A DNA stretch of 64,000 bases from a virus. A program made the translations under genes and the position numbers. The stretch covers positions 1 through 64,000 of the IMG/VR virus record IMGVR_UViG_3300021420_000019, one strand, 5' to 3'. A model generated the notes under the pieces. It was not told where the DNA came from. It was given only the letters and a program-made list of their open reading frames with translations, and ran no database searches. This document shows positions 51,466 through 58,703 of the stretch, in pieces (the first letter of the stretch is position 1; each line of letters opens with the position of its first letter).

Positions 51466-51540
51466 CGTCCCTCCTGATCCGAGGGTACGAGTCGGGGTGG
51501 CTCACTCCACCCCGGCATCCCTAGTGAGAGGGAATAAATG
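51466..51540 (+). promoter_or_regulatory. Kissing-loop leader RNA, copy B
   Basis: Loop CTCACT (51501-51506) complements loop AGTGAG (51523-51528). Confidence 0.8.
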
Positions 51541-52353
51541 CACATCAGCGAGAAACAAGTTCCTGGGAAGGAACACACATTTGTAGCTGTGAATGGAAAG
51601 ACCGAGACTGGGACTTTACCCGCTCTTCGTGGGCAAAGCAACTCTTTTGCGTTTTGGGTTAAAGACGAAGCTTGCATAAACGGTGGGTACTGGCGATCCC
51701 AGCTATATTTAACTCAGCGTAGAAAGGATTGGTCTACCGGAAAGAATGGCTTATTAGGGAGAATGAGGAACCTAATGAATAGCCAGAAGCAACAAGCTCA
51801 AAGAAACGGGCACAAGCCACCACTTGTTACTGCCGAACAGATGTCATCAATGTGGGTGTCCCAGAACGGTTTATGCGCTGCTTGCGGTGGTCAGTTGAGT
51901 TTATTAGGTGCTGCTTTTGACCACAATCATGAAACTGGCGAACCACGCGGCTTCCTTCATCAATATTGCAATATCGCTGAAGGATGTACAACGCGGATGA
52001 CGGAAGAAGAATTCAGAAAATTTGTAGAGTTTATCGGGAGTATTAAGATGAAGCATGATAAAGCGTACGATCAGCCAACCAACATGGCTAACGCTGGCAC
52101 GACCACACCGGCGGCTAAGGTATCTGGCGATATCAAGAATGATGCCCTAGGCAACCCGAGCCGGTTCGCACGTAACGCGAGCACCTCGGTGACCGAAGAC
52201 ACTAACTCTGAGATCGATACCCTCCGCGAGCTTCAACTCGGTTCAAACGGATATCAGGCAAATGGGTACCACCCCAGGGTGGCGAACTCCCCAGTTCCTA
52301 CGAGAGGTTTCGGAGAAAGTAAGGCAGATGTAGGCGGGTACCAAGGCGAGTAA
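51538..52353 (+). CDS. Endonuclease VII-like domain fused to an unrelated low-complexity C-terminal protein
   Basis: QNGLCAAC...FDHNHETGEPRGFLH..CN; internal GGGAG-ATG at MKHDK. Confidence 0.75.
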   Translation: MHISEKQVPGKEHTFVAVNGKTETGTLPALRGQSNSFAFWVKDEACINGGYWRSQLYLTQRRKDWSTGKNGLLGRMRNLMNSQKQQAQRNGHKPPLVTAEQMSSMWVSQNGLCAACGGQLSLLGAAFDHNHETGEPRGFLHQYCNIAEGCTTRMTEEEFRKFVEFIGSIKMKHDKAYDQPTNMANAGTTTPAAKVSGDIKNDALGNPSRFARNASTSVTEDTNSEIDTLRELQLGSNGYQANGYHPRVANSPVPTRGFGESKADVGGYQGE

Positions 52354-52563
52354 CGTGACGGTGAAAGAGTTAATCTCGGAACTCCAAAAGAGAGACCCAG
52401 AGAGTCGGGTCTTTATGGGCTACGACGGAAACGTAGTAGTATCTGAATCAGATTCGGTTGTATCGCCTTCAGAAGAGGAGATCGAAGTCTGCTGGTGGTC
52501 TGTAAGGCCGGGCGATACAGTTATTTTGTGTAACGAGTAAATAAAGCTTGACAGGAGACTAAA

Positions 52564-52734
52564 ATGATTGTAGGATTAGCACTAATCGCAGTAGCAAGTT
52601 TCGCGTACGCGGTCTACAAGCACATGACCTTGTCTTCGGTCAAGGCCGCCGTTCTAGCGGAAGTTACAAAGGTCGAAGCGTCGGTTGTGCCCGAGGTTAA
52701 GGCACTCGCGGCAGCCATAAAGGCAAAACTGTAG
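52564..52734 (+). CDS. Small membrane protein
   Basis: 56 aa; AGGAG RBS; N-terminal hydrophobic helix; not in the ORF track. Confidence 0.55.
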   Translation: MIVGLALIAVASFAYAVYKHMTLSSVKAAVLAEVTKVEASVVPEVKALAAAIKAKL

Positions 52735-52741
52735 ATTCAAT

Positions 52742-52818
52742 GGCGGACGGGGCGATACAGGTGACGCCCCAGACTGTGAATCTGGGTATAGTGGGTTCAA
52801 GGCCCATCGTCCGCCCCA
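52742..52818 (+). tRNA. trnH: tRNA-His(GTG) with encoded G-1 and CCA
   Basis: CCAGA-CT-GTG-AA-TCTGG. Confidence 0.9.
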
Positions 52819-52830
52819 AAAATTGTTACG

Positions 52831-52912
52831 CAGGTCCAAATCCTAGCGTGATGACCTGATCGGGGAGTGCCAGTAACACTCCCTGATTTGACTCTTTACT
52901 GGAGGGTCTATG
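52831..52912 (+). promoter_or_regulatory. Kissing-loop leader RNA, copy C
   Basis: Loop CCAGTAA (52870-52876) complements loop TTACTGG (52896-52902). Confidence 0.8.
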
Positions 52913-53410
52913 AGCAGTGCAAAAGATATGCGAGCGCAGTTGGGGATGTATCCTACAACCGCCAGGCATAAGTTAAATAGATTGATAATGTTTTCTTTAG
53001 TTCAGAAGTCCGGATTGGATTTGTGCTTTCGATGCGGAGAGAAGATACTGACGCCGAAAGAATTATCGGTAGACCATAAGTTGCCTTGGTTTCGTATTTC
53101 CACGGAGCTGTTTTGGGATTTAGAGAACATAGCCTTCTCACATTTCTCCTGTAACTCGGAAGAGGGCCGGTCGAGAAATCCGAGCAATACTAGGAATCCG
53201 AATTTAATAGCTCCTGACGGGATGCTATGGTGCAGTAGATGTAAGGATTATAGACATATTGAAGATTTTAGTCCATCTAGACGAAAGTCTAATGTTGGGC
53301 ACGTCTGTAGAAAATGCGTATCAGATAAAGAGAAAACACGCTATTCTAAAGCTGTAAATCGTCCGGTTAGAGGCTACCGACAAACTATGAAAGCCTCAAA
53401 AGATTTTTGA
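52910..53410 (+). CDS. HNH endonuclease (paralog of 56423..56860)
   Basis: CFRCGE...SVDHKLPW...FWDLENIAFSH..CN. Confidence 0.85.
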   Translation: MSSAKDMRAQLGMYPTTARHKLNRLIMFSLVQKSGLDLCFRCGEKILTPKELSVDHKLPWFRISTELFWDLENIAFSHFSCNSEEGRSRNPSNTRNPNLIAPDGMLWCSRCKDYRHIEDFSPSRRKSNVGHVCRKCVSDKEKTRYSKAVNRPVRGYRQTMKASKDF

Positions 53411-53419
53411 AAATAAGTG

Positions 53420-53448
53420 TTGACAAACAAAACGGTTTGTGAGACACT
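53420..53448 (+). promoter_or_regulatory. Promoter of the main tRNA array
   Basis: TTGACA, 17 nt, TGA-GACACT. Confidence 0.6.
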
Positions 53449-53671
53449 ATGAAAGTCGAGAACGGAGATACCCACCGACTAATGTCACGGGCTTCGCTCG
53501 ACAAAGTTTGATACTGTTTCATGCCGGAGAGATGCTAAAGCCGTGCACGGCTAATCTGGTGTGATGACATCGACCGGAGTCACTCCCTTTAGGGCGTGAA
53601 CTCCTTAGCCTGGTCAGCCGTTGACGCGAAGGCATCCGGTCTAGAACGTTTTCGTCGGCGAATATTTTTAT

Positions 53672-53746
53672 CCTTGTCTGATGTTAATGGTAGCATTCCT
53701 GTTTGAAGCACAGGCTGTAACCGTTCGAGCCGGTTGGCAAGGACCA
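53672..53746 (+). tRNA. trnF: tRNA-Phe(GAA)
   Basis: CCTGT-TT-GAA-GC-ACAGG; CCA. Confidence 0.85.
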
Positions 53747-53828
53747 GTTAGAGACATGCGGAGTCCGCGACGGATAGAAACGGCGCGGAATCCTACAGCG
53801 AGACGCAAGTCACCATGTCCACGTTTAT

Positions 53829-53916
53829 GCGTCTGTGGATGGAATAGGCAGACACGTCGGTCTCAAAAACCGATGACAGAGATGGCGTGGGAGTTCGAGT
53901 CTCCCCGGACGCACCA
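53829..53916 (+). tRNA. trnL: tRNA-Leu(CAA)
   Basis: TCGGT-CT-CAA-AA-ACCGA; variable arm; CCA. Confidence 0.9.
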
Positions 53917-53923
53917 ATTTTAT

Positions 53924-54013
53924 TGTGGGCAGCATTGGATGCAGCGGACACTTATAAAGTCCGAATCAGCAGATCGCTGAGCCGATAGGGTCCGATTCCC
54001 TAGTCCACAACCA
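53924..54013 (+). tRNA. trnI: Atypical tRNA with TAT anticodon (Ile), long variable arm, short D-arm
   Basis: GGAC-A-CT-TAT-AA-A-GTCC; TCAGC/GCTGA arm; CCA. Confidence 0.7.
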
Positions 54014-54018
54014 AGTTT

Positions 54019-54104
54019 GCCGTTGTGACGGAATGGTATACGAGGGAGTCTTAAAAACTCCTGTGCTCACGCACATGCTGGTTCGAGTCCAGTCAACGGC
54101 ACCA
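54019..54104 (+). tRNA. trnL: tRNA-Leu(TAA)
   Basis: GGAGT-CT-TAA-AA-ACTCC; CCA. Confidence 0.9.
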
Positions 54105-54108
54105 ATCT

Positions 54109-54176
54109 GGCGGAGACAGAGGTTCGATTCCTCTCTTAGGTCACTGACCCGAGTCGTCTAGCGGCAGGATACCGCC
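54109..54176 (+). ncRNA. Circularly permuted tRNA-like element (Y RNA/YrlA-like topology)
   Basis: Order: GGCGG, variable loop, T-arm, loop-closed acceptor-like stem, D-arm, CCGCC. Confidence 0.7.
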
Positions 54177-54431
54177 TAACAAGATCGCAAGTCCTACGGG
54201 GCGAACGATAGAACACGGCAGGGCGAACTCGGGTGGAAACACTTTAGAGCATCTGTGCTCCGTGGGCTCGGGGAACGCGACATCCCCAGAATTTGATATT
54301 CCAGAGACCTGTAAGTCCCTGATACGGCAAGGTCCCGGATTGCCAGGACGGTGCTACGCGCCACGATGGGGCCGCTTTGATGCTACTGGGCCAAGTTAAC
54401 CAGTCAGTCCTGGCATAGGTATTCAAGTTTT

Positions 54432-54507
54432 GAATTCGTAGCTCAATTGCTAGAGCAATCGACTCTTACTCGATGGGTTGTGGGTTGGACTCCCACCGGA
54501 TTCACCA
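54432..54507 (+). tRNA. trnK: tRNA-Lys(CTT)
   Basis: ATCGA-CT-CTT-AC-TCGAT; CCA. Confidence 0.88.
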
Positions 54508-54577
54508 AGTTTGACGTTCACTTAACAGTGAGATAACGACCGTAGCGGTTTCGCGTGACTCCGCCGTCAAAAGATTC

Positions 54578-54652
54578 GGATCGCTAATTCAAAGGCTAGA
54601 AGCGCTCTCTTTTAAAGAGTTAATCTCCGTTCGAGTCGGAGGCGATCCACCA
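54578..54652 (+). tRNA. trnK: tRNA-Lys(TTT)
   Basis: GCTCT-CT-TTT-AA-AGAGT; CCA. Confidence 0.88.
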
Positions 54653-54660
54653 AGTTCTAT

Positions 54661-54748
54661 TGAGCCCATGACACAATGGTGTGTCCCTTCTCTGTAAAAG
54701 AAGCGGTCCTTGCGACCACGGTCAGTTCGATCCTGACGGGCTCAACCA
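54661..54748 (+). tRNA. trnY: tRNA-Tyr(GTA)
   Basis: CTTCT-CT-GTA-AA-AGAAG; variable arm; CCA. Confidence 0.85.
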
Positions 54749-54749
54749 T

Positions 54750-54824
54750 AGTCGAGTAGCACAATGGCGGTGCAGACTCTTGATAGGAGTAAGGCTGTCC
54801 GTTCAAGTCGGACCTCGACTACCA
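54750..54824 (+). tRNA. trnI: tRNA-Ile(GAT)
   Basis: ACTC-TT-GAT-AG-GAGT; CCA. Confidence 0.85.
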
Positions 54825-54900
54825 ATATTGATATCCGGGGGACTAACTAGGAGCCGTATAGCAGCCTAGTTCAATGCTGTACGGGAAACCTCCCCGGCGT

Positions 54901-54975
54901 GGGCGATGAGTAGGACGGGAATATTCCTGCTTTGCAAGCAGCGAGAAATCGGTTCGACTCCGATATTGTCCACCA
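54901..54975 (+). tRNA. trnA: tRNA-Ala(TGC)
   Basis: CTGC-TT-TGC-AA-GCAG; G3:U70 pair; CCA. Confidence 0.8.
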
Positions 54976-54982
54976 AATTTAC

Positions 54983-55054
54983 ACCCTGTTCGCCAAGCGG
55001 CTAAGGCATCTGGTTTACACCCAGACATTCGGGAGTTCAAATCTCTCACGGGGT
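54983..55054 (+). tRNA. trnV: tRNA-Val(TAC), irregular acceptor stem, no encoded CCA
   Basis: TCTGG-TT-TAC-AC-CCAGA. Confidence 0.7.
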
Positions 55055-55055
55055 A

Positions 55056-55132
55056 CGGGCTGTTCGTTCACCGGAATAGGACACGACGCTACGAACGTCG
55101 AAAAAAGAGTTCGATTCTCTTACGGCCCTCCA
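55056..55132 (+). tRNA. trnR: tRNA-Arg(ACG)
   Basis: CGACG-CT-ACG-AA-CGTCG; CCA. Confidence 0.88.
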
Positions 55133-55136
55133 TCTT

Positions 55137-55212
55137 GACCCTGTAACTCAGCGCACAGAGTGTCCGCCTTCGAAGCGGTTCGCCGGGGGTTGGAATCCCT
55201 CCAGGGTCTCCA
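55137..55212 (+). tRNA. trnR: tRNA-Arg(TCG)
   Basis: CCGC-CT-TCG-AA-GCGG; CCA. Confidence 0.85.
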
Positions 55213-55321
55213 GTATGTTGTAATACGAAGCGTAACACAACAGAAGGCGGCTACCAGTTGTGGGTAGGTCGCAAGTGAAATCCAAAGCACGTTCGGTGAT
55301 AGCCCGGACAACATTTTCTGT

Positions 55322-55409
55322 TAAGGCGTAGGGGAATTGGTAGACCCGCTCGGCTGTTACCCGAGAGTCGTAAAGACACCTGTAGGTTCGAAACCTACCG
55401 CCTTAGCCA
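55322..55409 (+). tRNA. trnN: tRNA with GTT (Asn) anticodon and long variable arm
   Basis: CTCGG-CT-GTT-AC-CCGAG; GTC-GTAAA-GAC arm; G73; CCA. Confidence 0.8.
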
Positions 55410-55417
55410 CTTTCAAA

Positions 55418-55492
55418 GGACGATTAGTTTAATCGGTAGAACTGCTGTCTTGTAAACAGCGGGAAATGGTTCGAGACCATTATCGTCCTCCA
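55418..55492 (+). tRNA. trnT: tRNA-Thr(TGT)
   Basis: GCTGT-CT-TGT-AA-ACAGC; CCA. Confidence 0.88.
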
Positions 55493-55564
55493 AGTTTTGT
55501 CTCTCGGTCATTATGGCCAAGCCGAGAAAATCTCTGTGGCGCAGAGTAAAGACAAAAAGTTTAA

Positions 55565-55639
55565 GCAGGGCTAGTATAATCGGTAGTACGCGCCCCTCGT
55601 AAGGTCGTAATGCGTGTTCGAGTCACGCGCCCTGCTCCA
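55565..55639 (+). tRNA. trnT: tRNA-Thr(CGT)
   Basis: CT-CGT-AA loop; CCA. Confidence 0.85.
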
Positions 55640-55700
55640 AGTTAAGCGGTGCCTCACTCTGATGTCCAGGTTAAATGTTCAGACAGCCGCTCTTGATTTT

Positions 55701-55774
55701 GCTGGCATAGCTCAATGGAAGAGCTTCCGCTTGGTAAGCGGAGGACTTGAGTCCGATTCTCAATGCTAGCTCCA
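55701..55774 (+). tRNA. trnT: tRNA-Thr(GGT)
   Basis: TCCGC-TT-GGT-AA-GCGGA; CCA. Confidence 0.88.
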
Positions 55775-55781
55775 ATTTTAC

Positions 55782-55859
55782 GGCCTGTTGGTCCAGCCTG
55801 GAGTGGACGCGTCCTTGTCACGGACGAGATCGTGGGTCCGAATCCCACACGGGTCGCCA
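55782..55859 (+). tRNA. trnD: tRNA-Asp(GTC)
   Basis: CGTCC-TT-GTC-AC-GGACG; G73; CCA. Confidence 0.9.
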
Positions 55860-55864
55860 TTTAC

Positions 55865-55938
55865 GGCCCTGTCGATTAGTGTCAGGTCATTCGCTTCTCA
55901 AGCGAACAGCAGCGGTTAGATTCCGCTCAGGGCCACCA
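55865..55938 (+). tRNA. trnE: tRNA-Glu(CTC)
   Basis: TTCGC-TT-CTC-AA-GCGAA; CCA. Confidence 0.85.
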
Positions 55939-55943
55939 AGTTT

Positions 55944-56020
55944 GAGGACATGGTCCAATCGGTAGCGATGCTGGCCTTTCAAGCCATGCGGTGCGGGTTC
56001 GAGTCCCGCTGTCCTTACCA
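55944..56020 (+). tRNA. trnE: tRNA-Glu(TTC)
   Basis: TGGC-CT-TTC-AA-GCCA; CCA. Confidence 0.85.
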
Positions 56021-56032
56021 AATCGAGGAACT

Positions 56033-56293
56033 ATGAGCTGGGTGATGGTTAACGACTTCACCGTCGTGGAAAGAAAAGAAGACGGCACGGTAACACAGCA
56101 GGTGTTCACCTCGCACGCCCAGGCCCGTCAGTTCATGGAGAAGTACGCGGGACAAAAACCTATGAGGCCGCACAAGCCCACGATGCCTAGTCACGCTCGC
56201 GCTAGGTCCGGTAGTTCAAAGCCTATCATCCCGCAGACAGCGGAACAGATAGCGCTGAGAGAAGCGGCGCTGAAACAGTTTAACGGTTTGTAA
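56033..56293 (+). CDS. Hypothetical protein inside the tRNA array
   Basis: GAGGA RBS, start MSWVMVNDF; fills the gap between tRNAs. Confidence 0.6.
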   Translation: MSWVMVNDFTVVERKEDGTVTQQVFTSHAQARQFMEKYAGQKPMRPHKPTMPSHARARSGSSKPIIPQTAEQIALREAALKQFNGL

Positions 56294-56300
56294 GTTTAAT

Positions 56301-56387
56301 CCGCTGGTGATGGAATTACCAGACATGCGAATCTTAGAAATTCGTGCCCTATGTGGCGTGGGAGTGGAAGCCTCCCCCGGCGGACCA
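56301..56387 (+). tRNA. trnL: tRNA-Leu(TAG)
   Basis: CGAAT-CT-TAG-AA-ATTCG; variable arm; atypical T-loop; CCA. Confidence 0.85.
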
Positions 56388-56422
56388 ATTTAAATCTTAT
56401 CAACGACCGGGAGGTCAACGAT

Positions 56423-56860
56423 ATGAAACTGAAAGACGAATCTAAGTCAGAGCGTCGCGCTAATCAATTAGGAATGTCTTACGGTACAGCATCCGGTAGA
56501 CTTCGTAAGATGATACTATTTGATGTATTGAGAAAGCACAGCGAGAATAAATGTTTTAAGTGCGGCGAATTGATAGAGTCCGAAAAAGACTTAAGCATCG
56601 AGCATAAACAGCCCTGGGAAAATAAAAATCCCGATCTGTTTTGGGATTTAAATAACATCGCTTTTTCTCACATGTGCTGCAACATACCGCATGTTTATAA
56701 GGGCAGCGGAGCGTCACTTAGAAAGATCGGTCCGGAAGGAACTTCGTGGTGCTGGCAGCATAAAGAATTTTTACCAATTGGAGAATTTTATACGGATTCT
56801 TCAAATTGGAACGGTCTACACAGCAGATGTAAATCTTGTCATAAGTCTAGACCTAGATAG
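56423..56860 (+). CDS. HNH endonuclease (paralog of 52910..53410)
   Basis: CFKCGE...SIEHKQPW...FWDLNNIAFSH..CN; GGAGG RBS inside a GACC/GGTC hairpin. Confidence 0.85.
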   Translation: MKLKDESKSERRANQLGMSYGTASGRLRKMILFDVLRKHSENKCFKCGELIESEKDLSIEHKQPWENKNPDLFWDLNNIAFSHMCCNIPHVYKGSGASLRKIGPEGTSWCWQHKEFLPIGEFYTDSSNWNGLHSRCKSCHKSRPR

Positions 56861-56867
56861 TTTCTAC

Positions 56868-56942
56868 TGCCCGTTATAGTTCTGTTGAACTTCGAGGTCT
56901 CATAAGCCTTGCAGGTTGGTTAGATTCCAACACGGGCTACCA
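56868..56942 (+). tRNA. trnM: tRNA with CAT anticodon (Met, fMet or Ile2 unresolved)
   Basis: GAGGT-CT-CAT-AA-GCCTT; 1:72 mismatch; CCA. Confidence 0.75.
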
Positions 56943-56948
56943 CTTTAA

Positions 56949-57022
56949 GCGTCTGTGATGTAACGGTAGCATATTTGACTGCCAGTCAAATCGTCTCGAT
57001 TCGAATTCGAGTAGACGCCCCA
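56949..57022 (+). tRNA. trnG: tRNA-Gly(GCC)
   Basis: TTTGA-CT-GCC-AG-TCAAA; CCA. Confidence 0.85.
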
Positions 57023-57240
57023 CATTGATGTTCGCCTGTCCGTGGCGCGAGTAATTACCGCAGCCGCCCAGGCCGGAGCCCGATCCCGAGAGTGTAAAAC
57101 GTCATAGTCGGAAAAATTTATGAGTGAACAAAAACAGTGTTTAGAGTGCAAAGTTCCGATACACGAGGGTCCATTCGGCCCGTACATAGTGTATCTAAAC
57201 GAAGACGGAACTCCACATATTTGCGATAAGAAATAGTTTT

Positions 57241-57314
57241 GCAAGCATGGTATATAGATTGTGCCCCGGCCTTCCAAGTCGGAGAATCGAGTTTGAGTCT
57301 CGATGCTTGCTCCA
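57241..57314 (+). tRNA. trnG: tRNA-Gly(TCC)
   Basis: CCGGC-CT-TCC-AA-GTCGG; CCA. Confidence 0.85.
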
Positions 57315-57321
57315 AGTTTAT

Positions 57322-57396
57322 ATGAGAGTCGTCCAGCGGCCAGGACTGCGGTCTCCAAAACCGCGTACGGTGGTTCGAGTCCATCCTCTCATGCCA
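57322..57396 (+). tRNA. trnW: tRNA-Trp(CCA)
   Basis: GCGGT-CT-CCA-AA-ACCGC; CCA. Confidence 0.9.
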
Positions 57397-57401
57397 ATTT
57401 T

Positions 57402-57478
57402 GTCTCTATAGCTTAACGGATAAAGCGCCGAGCTTCTACCTCGGGACCACGCGGGTTCAATTCCTGCTAGAGACTCCA
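57402..57478 (+). tRNA. trnR: tRNA-Arg(TCT)
   Basis: CCGAG-CT-TCT-AC-CTCGG; CCA. Confidence 0.9.
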
Positions 57479-57554
57479 ATTTTCGTGGCCGCCCTAACGG
57501 GTATAAAACTATCGGGACGATATAGACGGCGAAAATTCCCGAGCGGAAGATTAC

Positions 57555-57630
57555 GGACGCGTAGCACAGCGGACAATGCGGCTCTCCCCTAAAGAGTCAG
57601 GCCCAGGTTCAACTCCTGGCGCGTCCCCCA
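57555..57630 (+). tRNA. trnR: tRNA-Arg(CCT)
   Basis: GCTCT-CC-CCT-AA-AGAGT; CCA. Confidence 0.85.
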
Positions 57631-57874
57631 GTTCTACCGAGGTCTCATGTGGACCGCAGTCGTTGATGGCTACATCATAACACAAAGAATGTCCGATGAC
57701 GACGTGTGGTTCAGATGTAACTTGTTCGGAAGGGAGCCGTTGATAGACGCACTTGAGAGGTTCCTGAAAGATACCGAAGACAATGGACACAAAGACTAAG
57801 AACGGGCTCCTGCGGCTCTCGATACTGTGGGGCCCGATAGCGATCTTGGTTATCTCGATTTTGACGAATTAGTT

Positions 57875-58164
57875 TGGCAGTCTAGACAATCGCGGGGAAC
57901 CGAGGAAAGTCAGGACACAACTAAGTACAGTGCCGTGGGAGATGCGGGCCGGGCAACCGGACGGGTAAGCCTCCGTATCGCATTGCGAGTTAACACTCTC
58001 GTTGCGTTCATTGGAGCGGAGACAGTCCACACTGGTGCAATCGAAAATAGGACCTGAGCGTTTACTTAGCGTGTTGAGGGTCGGGTTTCGAGCAAAGAGG
58101 AATGATTGTCGCCGCGACTTGTGTAGTATCGTTCGCGGAACAAAATCCTGCTTATTGACTGCCA
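57875..58164 (+). ncRNA. rnpB: Compact RNase P RNA
   Basis: GAGGAAAGTCAGGAC (57902-57916) and AACAAAATCCTGCTTAT (58139-58155) form P4; P1 TGGCAGTC/GACTGCCA; P2 GACAATC/GATTGTC. Confidence 0.88.
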
Positions 58165-58178
58165 CACTTTAGGATCAT

Positions 58179-58391
58179 ATGCCGCAATCAGTTGACGAAA
58201 TTCTAGCAGGCGCAAAGGAAACATTGGCGAACGCCAACAAGGCCTTCCCGAGTTCTTCTCCAGCGCCCCCGCAACCGCAGAAGCCCTCTTACACTGCGGC
58301 GCACGCAGCGAGAAAGGCCGTCCCGAGTATGGGCGATGAGCTAGCGGCTAAGGGCACGATGGTCGATAAAGCGAAACAGGCGTTGAAGTAA
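58179..58391 (+). CDS. Hypothetical protein
   Basis: 70 aa; AGGA RBS; PSY.AA motif also seen in 3740..3994. Confidence 0.55.
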   Translation: MPQSVDEILAGAKETLANANKAFPSSSPAPPQPQKPSYTAAHAARKAVPSMGDELAAKGTMVDKAKQALK

Positions 58392-58395
58392 TTAC

Positions 58396-58481
58396 GGAGC
58401 GGTGCCGAAACGGTAGCCGGATATGTTTGCTAAACATACGTCCGAAAGGACGTGGGAGTTCGAGTCTCTCCCGCTCCGCCA
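58396..58481 (+). tRNA. trnS: tRNA-Ser(GCT)
   Basis: TATGT-TT-GCT-AA-ACATA; variable arm; CCA. Confidence 0.9.
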
Positions 58482-58617
58482 GATTGAATACTTGTCCGAA
58501 AGGGCATAGGGAACCTTAAACGGTAAAGACGCGAGAATATCTAAAAGCTATTCGAAGCGGACCTTGCAGTCGAAAGACGAAACTGAGAATCTTAGCAAGG
58601 GGTTCCCGAGCATTTAT

Positions 58618-58701
58618 GGAAAGCAGTCGGCAATGGTGCCTCACAGTCTTGAAAACTGTACCACCCGCAAGGGTGACGGAGTTCGATTCTCCGGCTTTCC
58701 T
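58618..58701 (+). tRNA. trnS: tRNA-Ser(TGA), no intact CCA
   Basis: ACAGT-CT-TGA-AA-ACTGT; variable arm. Confidence 0.8.
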
Positions 58702-58703
58702 CC

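Noticed and set aside
58560-58610. Hammerhead ribozyme suggested by GTCGAAAGACGAAAC
   Set aside because: The required CTGANGA core is absent.
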